A DNA stretch of 43,381 nt from Candidatus Limnocylindrales bacterium (lineage in GTDB: Bacteria > Verrucomicrobiota > Verrucomicrobiia > Limisphaerales > UBA8199): contig DATJGF010000184.1 of assembly GCA_035495315.1 (NCBI GenBank), forward strand, positions 1 to 43,381, written 5' to 3'. The translations under genes were made by a program, and so were the position numbers. Position 1 is the first letter of the stretch. Each line of letters opens with the position of its first letter. Shown piece by piece: positions 35,832 to 43,381 of this stretch. The notes under the pieces are model-generated. The model had not been told where the DNA came from. It did not search any database and was given only the letters and a program-made list of their open reading frames with translations.

Positions 35832-36614
35832 TCAACCCACAAAGCGGCTTCGGACCGCTGACGGCAAGGCATGCAAGTCGAGCAGAGTCAAAAAATCGAT
35901 CGTCTTGAACTGGCGATCCAGGGCCGGCGGGCCGCAAATCTTTGCCCCGATCGTCAGATACGCGCGAAGCAGTTTCGGTATCTTCGGCGCTTCCGCAGCC
36001 AGTTGCTCCAGTGGGCATTCGAAAGAGGCCAGTGCTGTTGTCCGATATTCAAGAGGGGCGAGATGGCGACGACAAAGGTCAGCGTAAGCCGATGCCCCGA
36101 CGGTTGGGTCTTGCGACGTGAGGGAACTGCATCCGAGCAGGTATCGGGCACCGTGTTGTTGGGCGTAATCAGCGATCCCTTTCCACAGTAGGCCTAGAAC
36201 GATCAAATTCCGATGCTGGCGATGAACGCAGGCGCGGCCCAACTCCACGATTTCCGGCCGCAGCCGCTCAAATGCCAGGAAGTCGAATTCCTGAGCAGAG
36301 TAGTAGCCAAGGTAATTCTGCGCGTTGACTCCCGTCTGCAGACGGTAAGTGCCAACAATTCTCGCCGATGGCAGGTGCTCCACGACCAGGTGGTCGCAAA
36401 CGGCATCAAAGGGGTCCTCGTCCCTGCCGGTGGTGAACGATTCAGCCAATCCTTCATTGAGTTCGAGATTGAAAACCTCAAATCGCAGCCTCTGAGCGTC
36501 GCGCACTTCGTCCGGGTTACATGCGAGGCGGGTTCTGTATTGGACAGGGGAAGCAACAATTAAGCGGATTGAGTCCAGTGTCGTTTTCATTTGGAGCAAG
36601 TTTCCTAAAGCCAT
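35832..36614 (-). CDS. GNAT-fold N-acyltransferase of the OlsB/GlsB (N-acyl amino acid / ornithine-lipid synthase) family.
   Basis: …DAQRLRFEVFNLELNEGL…DEDPFDAVCDHLVVEH… is typical of the Acetyltransf_5/OlsB-like hemolysin-type N-acyltransferases. It lies 33 nt upstream of the PlsC-family gene. An alternative start is at 36590. Confidence 0.7.
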   Translation of the reverse strand: MALGNLLQMKTTLDSIRLIVASPVQYRTRLACNPDEVRDAQRLRFEVFNLELNEGLAESFTTGRDEDPFDAVCDHLVVEHLPSARIVGTYRLQTGVNAQNYLGYYSAQEFDFLAFERLRPEIVELGRACVHRQHRNLIVLGLLWKGIADYAQQHGARYLLGCSSLTSQDPTVGASAYADLCRRHLAPLEYRTTALASFECPLEQLAAEAPKIPKLLRAYLTIGAKICGPPALDRQFKTIDFLTLLDLHALPSAVRSRFVG

Positions 36615-36653
36615 GTGTCAGTGGAGAGTCAACCGCGTGAATTCTTCAGGCAG

Positions 36654-37196
36654 CTAGCGGCAACATTCCCGGGCGCCGGGTGCGTTCCGATGAGCTGTCG
36701 ACCGGTCGGCCACCTCCGTAATAGAAGGAGCTAGGGCGAGGGCCAATTCTTCGCGCCCTTTCGAAAGTAGCGTTAAGACCGCTTCAACGGAGATTCCCAA
36801 ATGCTCGGCAATCTGAGAGAACGACCATTCCTTGGCATAGAAAAGAATCAGCGGGGCTCGGAGCTCTTGGCGCACCTTGGTCAGAGCCGCCAGAATTGGG
36901 CTCGCAGCGGCCGGTTTTGAGAGTCGTGGCTGCGAAGCGAAGGAAGGCGTCGGCGTTCCCTCGCTCCTCCTTTCTTTTAGAAACTCACGAAACACAAGGG
37001 TATACAACCACCCTTTTGCGCTCTGTGATTCGGCCAAATATCTCTGGTGGTTGAGCGCCAGGCAAAACGTGTGCTGGGTTAGCTCCAAGGCGCGGTCAAG
37101 CTGACCGCACAGCTTTACGGCGAAGGTGAAAACGGGCTGGTAGTAACTCTCCACCAGCGTTTCAAAATCTAAAGCAGTCCCAGGTTTCATATTCAA
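36654..37196 (-). CDS. ECF (sigma-70 family group IV) RNA polymerase sigma factor.
   Basis: Region 2 reads YYQPVFTFAVKLCGQLDRALELTQHTF and the region 4 HTH reads EWSFSQIAEHLGISVEAVLTLLSKGREEL. Confidence 0.85.
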   Translation of the reverse strand: MNMKPGTALDFETLVESYYQPVFTFAVKLCGQLDRALELTQHTFCLALNHQRYLAESQSAKGWLYTLVFREFLKERRSEGTPTPSFASQPRLSKPAAASPILAALTKVRQELRAPLILFYAKEWSFSQIAEHLGISVEAVLTLLSKGREELALALAPSITEVADRSTAHRNAPGARECCR

Positions 37197-37256
37197 ATTC
37201 CGTTCATTGGATTTGAATATGGGTCGGGCTCGGCTGCCGAACCTTACAAGGGGAAA

Positions 37257-37562
37257 CTACTCTTGGCTGGACTGAAGCCTCTGCTTGATGCGTTCGCGCG
37301 CTTCAGATGACAATCTTTGCGTCTGTTGAAGGCTCTCGTGCTCGTCGCATTGGTGAGCAGCGGAACGCAGGAATTTCAAATGGGTACCGTATCGCCGGCA
37401 CCATTTACAGAGCAACAGGTGCAGTCGAAGACCAATTCGCTGAGACAGCAAAAGCCTTCCATCCATTGCTTTCGATTGAAGTCGCGATGCTTCCTTGCAA
37501 CTTGGCGAAATGAGCGTAACAGCTCTAGCGAGGCCTTTTGATAATTTTGAGAGCCGATTCAT
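37257..37562 (-). CDS. Putative zinc-binding anti-sigma factor (ZAS/zf-HC2 type; RsrA/ChrR-N-like), soluble, 101 aa.
   Basis: A C-x25-H-x3-C-x2-C motif is present: CKEASRLQS…LHLLLCKWCRRY. No TM segment is present. Confidence 0.55.
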   Translation of the reverse strand: MNRLSKLSKGLARAVTLISPSCKEASRLQSKAMDGRLLLSQRIGLRLHLLLCKWCRRYGTHLKFLRSAAHQCDEHESLQQTQRLSSEARERIKQRLQSSQE

Positions 37563-37743
37563 TCGTTTATTGGCCTCGAAACGCCCATTTTCGAGGCGGA
37601 CTCGCCGTTACTGTTCTCTCGGAGCTGTGGCACAATACCAATAGTGTGTCGTGGCAATTAGAGTTTCCTTACAAATTCATCCGAAGTCCGGGGTGCCATT
37701 TTCTTCATTTTGGATTGGTTGTCTAGATTGGGTAAGATTAGTT

Positions 37744-38073
37744 TCAGTCCCTAACCGCAGTTGGCACCACCCCCCCAAACGAGCCTTCAGCTCGGCGGAG
37801 CCTTCGGGCAATGCGCTGCCTGGTGACGTTTGTAAGGCCTTGAGGGGTCGGGCTTTCTTGGAGACACGGTGCCGCATTTCGAAGGAATGCGACCTGTTCA
37901 CAGTATCTCCTGCACCACGCGCAAAACATGAAATGCAGCCGCATGGGCAGATGAACCGGCAAGGGCGCTAATCCGTCAAATTGGTGGGAGGCGAGGCGTG
38001 TGATTTCCTTGCACTGGGGCGTTTGTTTCCATCCCCAACGAATTGCCCTCCTGATACTTGTCAGAGATTTCAT
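37744..38073 (-). CDS. Putative zinc-binding anti-sigma factor (ZAS/zf-HC2 type). It is a paralog of the 37257-37562 protein.
   Basis: CKEITRLAS…LHFMFCAWCRRY has the same C…HxxxCxxC spacing. The gene begins 1 nt after the stop of the upstream ECF sigma gene. Confidence 0.55.
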   Translation of the reverse strand: MKSLTSIRRAIRWGWKQTPQCKEITRLASHQFDGLAPLPVHLPMRLHFMFCAWCRRYCEQVAFLRNAAPCLQESPTPQGLTNVTRQRIARRLRRAEGSFGGVVPTAVRD

Positions 38074-38074
38074 A

Positions 38075-38815
38075 CTATTTTCGCGATTTCCCGAACCAAT
38101 TAATTTCCAGGCATCGACGCAAAGCCATCCGGGCGCGATGCAACATTACCCAAAGATTGCTTTCGGAGATATTCAGCATTCGGCAAATCTCCTTGCTGTC
38201 GATGTCGTCCACCTCCCTCAAACAAAACGCTGCGGTGATATTCTTAGGCAGCTTGCCCGCGCAATCGTGAAACGCCTGCCAGAAAGCCTTATTATCCAAG
38301 CTGGCCCCTGGTTCTGCCGACCACTCCATTGGACCCAGTTCATGAATCCAGCCTCCTTTGAAAGCGCCGTCCGATACGAACCGATCACTCTCTTCATCCT
38401 GGTAGAAATCGAGGTCGGTGAAGGAAGTCTCCCGGCTGGCCTTGCGATAATAGTCGCCGATCTTGTTCTTCATGATGCCCACGAGCCAGGTTTTCTCGGC
38501 CGACCTGCCTGCGAAGCTCTTACCTCCTTTGAGGGCAGCCAGGAATGTTTCTTGCACGGCATCCTCAGCTTTAGCCACATCGCGCAGTCGCAGCAGCGCG
38601 TACTTGAACAGATAGTCTCCGTGCTCCTCGACCCAACGCTCAGGATCGGAAAGACCGGCCAAAGATGGCACGCCGCATTGTTCTACTGGCTTCATTTGAC
38701 CTGAATCTGGAGGAGTCCGTTCAGCCACGGGTTCGGAGTTTGTTGTTTCGTCCATGGATAGGAGATTCGTCTGCGTGACGTGTAAAGGATGGGGGTACAG
38801 ATGGTGCGCGCACAT
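38075..38815 (-). CDS. ECF RNA polymerase sigma factor, second copy.
   Basis: Region 2 reads YLFKYALLRLRDVAKAEDAVQETFLAAL and region 4 reads DSKEICRMLNISESNLWVMLHRARMALRR. The start is probably an internal ATG (38755 or 38695) rather than the ORF-track start. Confidence 0.8.
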   Translation of the reverse strand: MCAHHLYPHPLHVTQTNLLSMDETTNSEPVAERTPPDSGQMKPVEQCGVPSLAGLSDPERWVEEHGDYLFKYALLRLRDVAKAEDAVQETFLAALKGGKSFAGRSAEKTWLVGIMKNKIGDYYRKASRETSFTDLDFYQDEESDRFVSDGAFKGGWIHELGPMEWSAEPGASLDNKAFWQAFHDCAGKLPKNITAAFCLREVDDIDSKEICRMLNISESNLWVMLHRARMALRRCLEINWFGKSRK

Positions 38816-39174
38816 TGGTGAGTCGAGCGGGAGGCTCTGACCTTACACCGAACAAAGCGTGATCAGGAGGGATGCTGGTCGTAAGGCTTGCACTCGCCCT
38901 GCGACATACTGGAGTGAGTCATTACGAAAACAATATGAAAATCAGACTTGCCCAGACCCGCTTTGGCCGCGTGCTCTTGCACGTCGGCTGCTGCCTCAAA
39001 CGACCAGGCCATTTGAGCTGGCATTGGCACGGGATCTTGCGGGAATTCGCACAAGCCGCGTAAGTCTCCTCCCCAAATGTATTCGAGAAGGAATTGTAAG
39101 GAACAGATTGCCCTCGCGACCAATGGAGGAAACTCAAACCAAATTCGGCAACAAAAACCATATCGAAAGGCCCC

Positions 39175-40104
39175 ATGAATTCGAACGAGACGCTCTTGGA
39201 AAAACCGACCCAGGCAATGATGCCGGTTGGCCGGATGCACATGCCCGACCGGAAATTCATCGAGGAACAATTTCCCGAACCGGTGATGCCGGCCTGTGCA
39301 ATCAACAAGGTGCTCAAAGGCCAAAAGGCCATTGTCACCGGTGGCAGCTCAGGCATCGGCAAGGGTGTTGCCACGGCTCTCGGTCATGCCGGGGCAGATG
39401 TGTTGGTGAACTACACCTCGCGCGCAGAGGAAGCGGAAAAGGTTGCCGAGGAGCTCCGCCGTTGCGGTTCTCGCGCCATTACCTGCAAAGCCGACGTGTC
39501 CAAGGAAGACCAAGTCCAGGCCATGTTCAAAAGGGCCATCGAAGAGTTTGGCACCGTTGACATCCTCATCAACAACGCTGGGCTCCAGAAGGACGCTCCG
39601 GTTGACCAGATGACGCTGGCCCAGTGGCAGCAAGTGCTGGATGTGAACCTGACTGGCCAATTCCTTTGCGCGCGTGAGGCCATTCGAGAGTTCAAGCGCC
39701 GCGGAGTGCGGAAGGACGTCTCCTGCGCCGCAGGTAAGATCATTTGCATCAGCTCAGTCCACGAAGTCATACCTTGGGCCGGCCATGTGAACTACGCAGC
39801 CAGCAAAGGTGGCGTGATGTTGATGATGAAAAGCATCGCCCAAGAGGTCGCCCCGCATCGGATTCGGGTCAACAGCGTGGCACCTGGAGCAATTCGTACG
39901 CCCATCAACATGCAGGCCTGGGACACGCCGGAGGCCTACAAGGATTTGCTGAAGCTGATCCCATACAAACGCATCGGTGAACCAATCGAGATTGGGCGCG
40001 CCGCAGTGTGGCTGGCTTCGGACGATTCGGATTACATCCATGGGGCGACGATTTTTGTCGATGGCGGCATGACGTTGTATCCAGGCTTTGAGACCGGAGG
40101 CTAA
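39175..40104 (+). CDS. Short-chain dehydrogenase/reductase (glucose-1-dehydrogenase/FabG-like SDR).
   Basis: A TGGSSGIGKG cofactor motif and NNAG are present. The catalytic residues are S…YAASK (YxxxK) and PG.I.T. The start may be internal (39286) because there is a 45-aa N-terminal extension before the Rossmann fold. Confidence 0.85.
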   Translation: MNSNETLLEKPTQAMMPVGRMHMPDRKFIEEQFPEPVMPACAINKVLKGQKAIVTGGSSGIGKGVATALGHAGADVLVNYTSRAEEAEKVAEELRRCGSRAITCKADVSKEDQVQAMFKRAIEEFGTVDILINNAGLQKDAPVDQMTLAQWQQVLDVNLTGQFLCAREAIREFKRRGVRKDVSCAAGKIICISSVHEVIPWAGHVNYAASKGGVMLMMKSIAQEVAPHRIRVNSVAPGAIRTPINMQAWDTPEAYKDLLKLIPYKRIGEPIEIGRAAVWLASDDSDYIHGATIFVDGGMTLYPGFETGG

Positions 40105-40159
40105 ACAACTCAAAAGTAGCCCTAGGTCCTACCATCAACGTATCCCCAAAAAACCTCGT

Positions 40160-42202
40160 ATGAACTCGCCAGCTCCTTTATCCCTAACCCGCGAATGGCT
40201 GGAGGCCGATGGCCTGGGCGGCTTTGCCTCCGGCACTGCCTCAGGCATTCGCACTCGCCGATATCACTCCTTACTCCTTGTGGCGACAAGACCTCCCACG
40301 GGGCGCCTCGTTCTGGTCAATGGCCTCGACGCCTGGGTGGAAACCCCGGGCGGGAAATTTTCGCTCTCCTCGCAATGTTATTCGCCCGGAATAATCGGGG
40401 GCGACCGAGCACAGCACATCGAGGCATTTGGTTGGGAGCCCTGGCCGCACTGGATCTTCAAACTGGAAGATGGGACGCGGATCGAGCAGGAGATTTTGGT
40501 AGCCAAGGGAGCGCCGATGACCTGCATTTCGTGGAAGATCCTCGGACCGCAGCGTGCGGCAAACTTATTTGTTCGGCCTTTTGTTTCTGGCCGTGATTAC
40601 CACTCGCTCCACAAGGCGAATCCCGCGTTTCGCTTCGACGCAGAGGTCAAGCCCACGCAGGTTTCCTGGGCACCCTATACGGGTGTCCCCGGGATCGCTG
40701 CCTTCACGAACGGCAAATACTCACATCAACCCGTTTGGTACTACAACTTCCGGTATGAGGAGGAACAGGCGAGGGGTTTGGATTGCGAGGAGGACTTAGC
40801 CGCTCCTGGGGTTTTCAAATGGGACCTGGCTCGCGGCAGAGCCGCGTTGATCTTCAGCACTAAGGACCATGCCGCGACAAAATGGTCTGGTGGGCAGCTA
40901 CCGCTCGAATTGCTGAACCAGGTTCGAGAATCCGAGCAAAAACGCAGGGAAAGTTTCCCCTCGAGGTTGGAAGCATCTGCAGACTCTTACATTGTGCAGC
41001 ATTCACGCTCAACTCCTCCCGTGTCGGGTGGTCAATCAACCCCGAATGGGAGGGGAAAGACGATTATCGCTGGCTATCCATGGTTTACCGATTGGGGTCG
41101 CGATACGTTTATCGCACTGCGCGGTCTTTGTCTGGCCACCGGACGGCTGGATGACGCCCGAGATATTTTGCTCGCGTGGTCGAATACGGCCACTGAAGGC
41201 ATGTTACCCAATCGTTTTCCTGACCAAGGCGAACAGCCTGAGTTCAATTCCGTCGATGCCTCCCTTTGGTTTGTCGTTGCTGCGTTTGAATACTTGCAGA
41301 CAGCCCGCAAGAGACAACAGGTGAGGCAGGACGAAGTTGCCTTAGGCAGAGCTATTGAAGGCATTATTAATGGCTACGCCCAAGGGACTCGTTACGGGAT
41401 TCGAATGGATGACGACGGCCTGCTTTCCTGCGGCCAGCCAGGTACCCAATTGACATGGATGGATGCAAAGGTGGGCGATTGGGTGGTCACACCGCGGATT
41501 GGCAAGCCCGTCGAGATTCAGGCGCTTTGGCTCAATGCACTCTGGATCGCGAACCACTTCACGAGTCGTTGGGAGCACCGGTTAACTCAAGGTATGCGAA
41601 CGTTCGAAGAACGGTTCTGGAATGACAACCTTGGCTTTCTCAATGACGTGGTGGACGTAGACCATCAAGCAGGAACCATTGATCCCTCTCTACGGCCCAA
41701 CCAGATTCTCGCAATCGGCGGTTTGCCCATAGCTTTGATTGAAGGCGAGGCCGCCCGCTTGGTGGTGGAAACGGTAGAACGGCTATTGCTGACGCCATTA
41801 GGCTTGCGCTCTCTCGCGCAGCAGGAACAGGGGTATGTTCCCCAGTATTGTGGAGGAGTGGCACAACGGGATGGGGCCTATCACCTTGGCACGGTTTGGC
41901 CGTGGCTGTTAGGTCCTTTCGTGGAGGCCTGGGTTCGGGTGCGAGGAGGAACCAATGAAGTCAAACGCATTGCTCGCAAGCGTTTTCTCAGGCCGTTGCT
42001 CCAACACATGGAAGAGGCTGGGCTTGGTCATATCTCGGAGATCTCCGATGCGGAGGCTCCCCATGCACCTCGCGGATGTCCTTTCCAGGCTTGGTCGGTT
42101 GGTGAGGCGCTCCGACTGGATCGAATCATTTTGACTGAAACTGTCATTCAACGCCCCGCCAAAGTCCGGGCGAAACAACGTCGCGATCTGATGCCCGCTT
42201 GA
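40160..42202 (+). CDS. Glycogen-debranching-enzyme-type amylo-alpha-1,6-glucosidase (GDE N-terminal domain plus an (alpha/alpha)6-barrel GDE_C domain).
   Basis: The N-terminus LTREWLEADGLGGFASGTASGIRTRRYHSLL is typical of the bacterial and archaeal glycogen-debranching family. The C-terminal region reads GYPWFTDWGRDTFIAL…. The ATG is at 40160. Confidence 0.75.
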   Translation: MNSPAPLSLTREWLEADGLGGFASGTASGIRTRRYHSLLLVATRPPTGRLVLVNGLDAWVETPGGKFSLSSQCYSPGIIGGDRAQHIEAFGWEPWPHWIFKLEDGTRIEQEILVAKGAPMTCISWKILGPQRAANLFVRPFVSGRDYHSLHKANPAFRFDAEVKPTQVSWAPYTGVPGIAAFTNGKYSHQPVWYYNFRYEEEQARGLDCEEDLAAPGVFKWDLARGRAALIFSTKDHAATKWSGGQLPLELLNQVRESEQKRRESFPSRLEASADSYIVQHSRSTPPVSGGQSTPNGRGKTIIAGYPWFTDWGRDTFIALRGLCLATGRLDDARDILLAWSNTATEGMLPNRFPDQGEQPEFNSVDASLWFVVAAFEYLQTARKRQQVRQDEVALGRAIEGIINGYAQGTRYGIRMDDDGLLSCGQPGTQLTWMDAKVGDWVVTPRIGKPVEIQALWLNALWIANHFTSRWEHRLTQGMRTFEERFWNDNLGFLNDVVDVDHQAGTIDPSLRPNQILAIGGLPIALIEGEAARLVVETVERLLLTPLGLRSLAQQEQGYVPQYCGGVAQRDGAYHLGTVWPWLLGPFVEAWVRVRGGTNEVKRIARKRFLRPLLQHMEEAGLGHISEISDAEAPHAPRGCPFQAWSVGEALRLDRIILTETVIQRPAKVRAKQRRDLMPA

Positions 42203-42228
42203 TGACCCGCCCACAAGGAACAAACCGC

Positions 42229-43381
42229 ATGAACCCGAACAAAAACAAAATCGCAGAAAGCCAACGATTAACCGAAGCAAACAGCGGTCAGACCAACTGG
42301 CGTTGTTGGGGCCCTTATCTCTCCGAGCGCCAGTGGGGAACAGTGCGGGAGGATTATAGCCCTCATGGTAATGCGTGGGAATATTTGCCGCACGACCACG
42401 CTCGCAGCCGCGCATATCGCTGGGGCGAGGACGGCATCGCTGGCGTCAGTGACGATCAACAAAGATTGTGCCTCAGCCTGGCTCTATGGAACGGACATGA
42501 CCCCATTCTGAAGGAGCGGCTGTTTGGCCTGACCAACAGCGAGGGCAACCATGGGGAAGACGTGAAGGAGCTGTACTATTATCTGGATGCCACCCCCACG
42601 AATTCCTATCTGAAGATGTTGTATAAATATCCTCAGAAGGCGTTTCCATACGGCCAGTTGGTCGAAGAGAATCGACGGCGAGGCAAAGACCAACAGGAGT
42701 TCGAACTTCTGGACACCGGCATCTTCGACGACGATCGCTATTTCGATGTCTTTATCGAATACGCCAAGGCTGGGCCCGAGGATTTGTTGATGCTCGTTAC
42801 GGTGCACAATCGAGGGCCCGAGCAGGCCACCATTCACGTTCTGCCGCAACTCTGGTTTCGCAATACATGGTCTTGGACGCCGGGTTCCAAAAAACCCGAG
42901 TTGCGGGCTGAAAATAATTCGTGCGTGATCGCAGAGCACCTGGAGTTAGGCTCGTACCGATTATACACGGAATCGACGGCTGCCATTAACACCGGGCTTC
43001 AGCCCGGTGGAGCGATGCCAAATGGTCAGAGAAACCGGTTAAACGGTTTACTCAACTCCTCGGAAACCAGCGCCGGGCTGAACCCCGGCGTTAATGAGAG
43101 TTTAGCGATTGGTCCTGACGTTCACTTTTGCGACAACGAGACCAACGTCCGCCGTCTCTACGGGCAAGATGCAGCTCAAGGCTTTTTCAAGGATGCATTC
43201 CACGAGTTCGTCATCGAGGGAAATAAAGGGGCCGTGAACCCGAATCGCACTGGAACCAAAGCGGGCGCGCTGTATCACCTGACTGTCAGGTCCGGCGGCT
43301 CGGCCACTGTTCGACTAAGGCTCGTTAAGGAACCCATCGTTCGTGCGGCTCGAGGCGCATCGAAGGAGAGTGGAAACGGTT
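42229..43381 (+). CDS. GH63-like glucosidase (MGH/YgjK-like mannosylglycerate or glucosylglycerate hydrolase family). The gene is 3'-partial, continues past the window end and is absent from the ORF track.
   Basis: My own translation from the ATG at 42229 gives MNPNKNKIAESQRLTEANSGQTNWRCWGPYLSERQWGTVREDYSPHGNAWEYLPHDHARSRAYRWGEDGIAGVSDDQQRLCLSLALWNGHDPILKERLFGLTNSEGNHGEDVKELYYYLDATPT…, with no stop to position 43381. AAGGAA lies 10 nt upstream. The motifs match the conserved N-terminal region of bacterial GH63-like proteins. Confidence 0.8.
   Translation, partial: MNPNKNKIAESQRLTEANSGQTNWRCWGPYLSERQWGTVREDYSPHGNAWEYLPHDHARSRAYRWGEDGIAGVSDDQQRLCLSLALWNGHDPILKERLFGLTNSEGNHGEDVKELYYYLDATPTNSYLKMLYKYPQKAFPYGQLVEENRRRGKDQQEFELLDTGIFDDDRYFDVFIEYAKAGPEDLLMLVTVHNRGPEQATIHVLPQLWFRNTWSWTPGSKKPELRAENNSCVIAEHLELGSYRLYTESTAAINTGLQPGGAMPNGQRNRLNGLLNSSETSAGLNPGVNESLAIGPDVHFCDNETNVRRLYGQDAAQGFFKDAFHEFVIEGNKGAVNPNRTGTKAGALYHLTVRSGGSATVRLRLVKEPIVRAARGASKESGNG

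Noticed and set aside
38000-38704. A 234-aa plus-strand ORF.
   Set aside because: It is entirely antisense to the ECF sigma factor gene at 38075-38815. It has no recognisable motifs, so it is a typical GC-rich shadow ORF.

Overview
This is a high-GC chromosomal segment of about 43 kb that looks bacterial. The gene content suggests the Planctomycetes-Verrucomicrobia-Chlamydiae (PVC) superphylum, probably a Verrucomicrobia-like organism. The evidence is a single LolC/LolD pair, a secreted protein built from DUF1559-like modules, many Tat- or Sec-secreted carbohydrate-active enzymes, and a flotillin/YqiK gene. I found no rRNA, tRNA or CRISPR array.

Gene content, in order along the window:
- A 5'-partial gene for a neutral-ceramidase-like secreted protein, on the minus strand and not in the ORF track.
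- lolC-lolD, coding for the lipoprotein-release ABC transporter.
- A methyltransferase of the thiopurine S-methyltransferase (TPMT) family.
- A YqiK/flotillin-like SPFH protein.
- A secreted protein with two DUF1559-like repeats and an Ig-like module, overlapping a tandem (pseudo-dimeric) retropepsin-like aspartic protease.
- A GNAT acetyltransferase and a TPR membrane protein.
- A Tat-exported sugar-phosphate isomerase/epimerase, a VOC/glyoxalase-family protein and a carbon-nitrogen hydrolase.
- A PepSY protein, a lipoprotein and a PAP2 phosphatase.
- An alpha/beta hydrolase.
- An N-terminally truncated KdpD-like histidine kinase with KdpE, then glnK-amtB behind a candidate sigma-54 promoter, then a second KdpE-like response regulator paralog.
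- A complete IS3-family insertion sequence of 1280 bp, with orfA/orfB, an A_AAA_AAA programmed -1 frameshift site, roughly 36-bp imperfect inverted repeats and a 3-bp GTC target-site duplication.
- A HI0933/BaiN-like flavoprotein.
- yciH (SUI1 family), preceded by an array of three related palindromes.
- A DEAD-box helicase (DeaD-like) translationally coupled to a YlxQ/L7Ae-like protein.
- A fusion of a GH5-like (DUF4038-type) domain with a CE15 glucuronoyl esterase.
- A Tat-secreted protein with GH42-like architecture.
- An aminolipid operon made of an OlsB/GlsB-like N-acyltransferase and an OlsA/PlsC-like acyltransferase, sitting directly downstream of an ECF sigma factor.
- Two ECF sigma factor and zinc-binding anti-sigma (ZAS) factor pairs arranged as a mirror image.
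- An SDR oxidoreductase, a glycogen-debranching-type amylo-alpha-1,6-glucosidase, and a 3'-partial GH63-like glucosidase gene missing from the ORF track.

Several non-coding repeat structures are also present: a dispersed repeat of about 40 bp, CCTCTCC/GGAGAGG hairpins, CCGAA/TTCGG repeats, GTCCCA repeats with G-rich runs, and palindromes.

I did not see a clearly recognisable novel multi-gene defence or secretion system. The most unusual loci are the mirrored sigma/anti-sigma cluster linked to the aminolipid genes, the duplicated KdpE-like regulators around glnK-amtB, and the palindrome array upstream of yciH.
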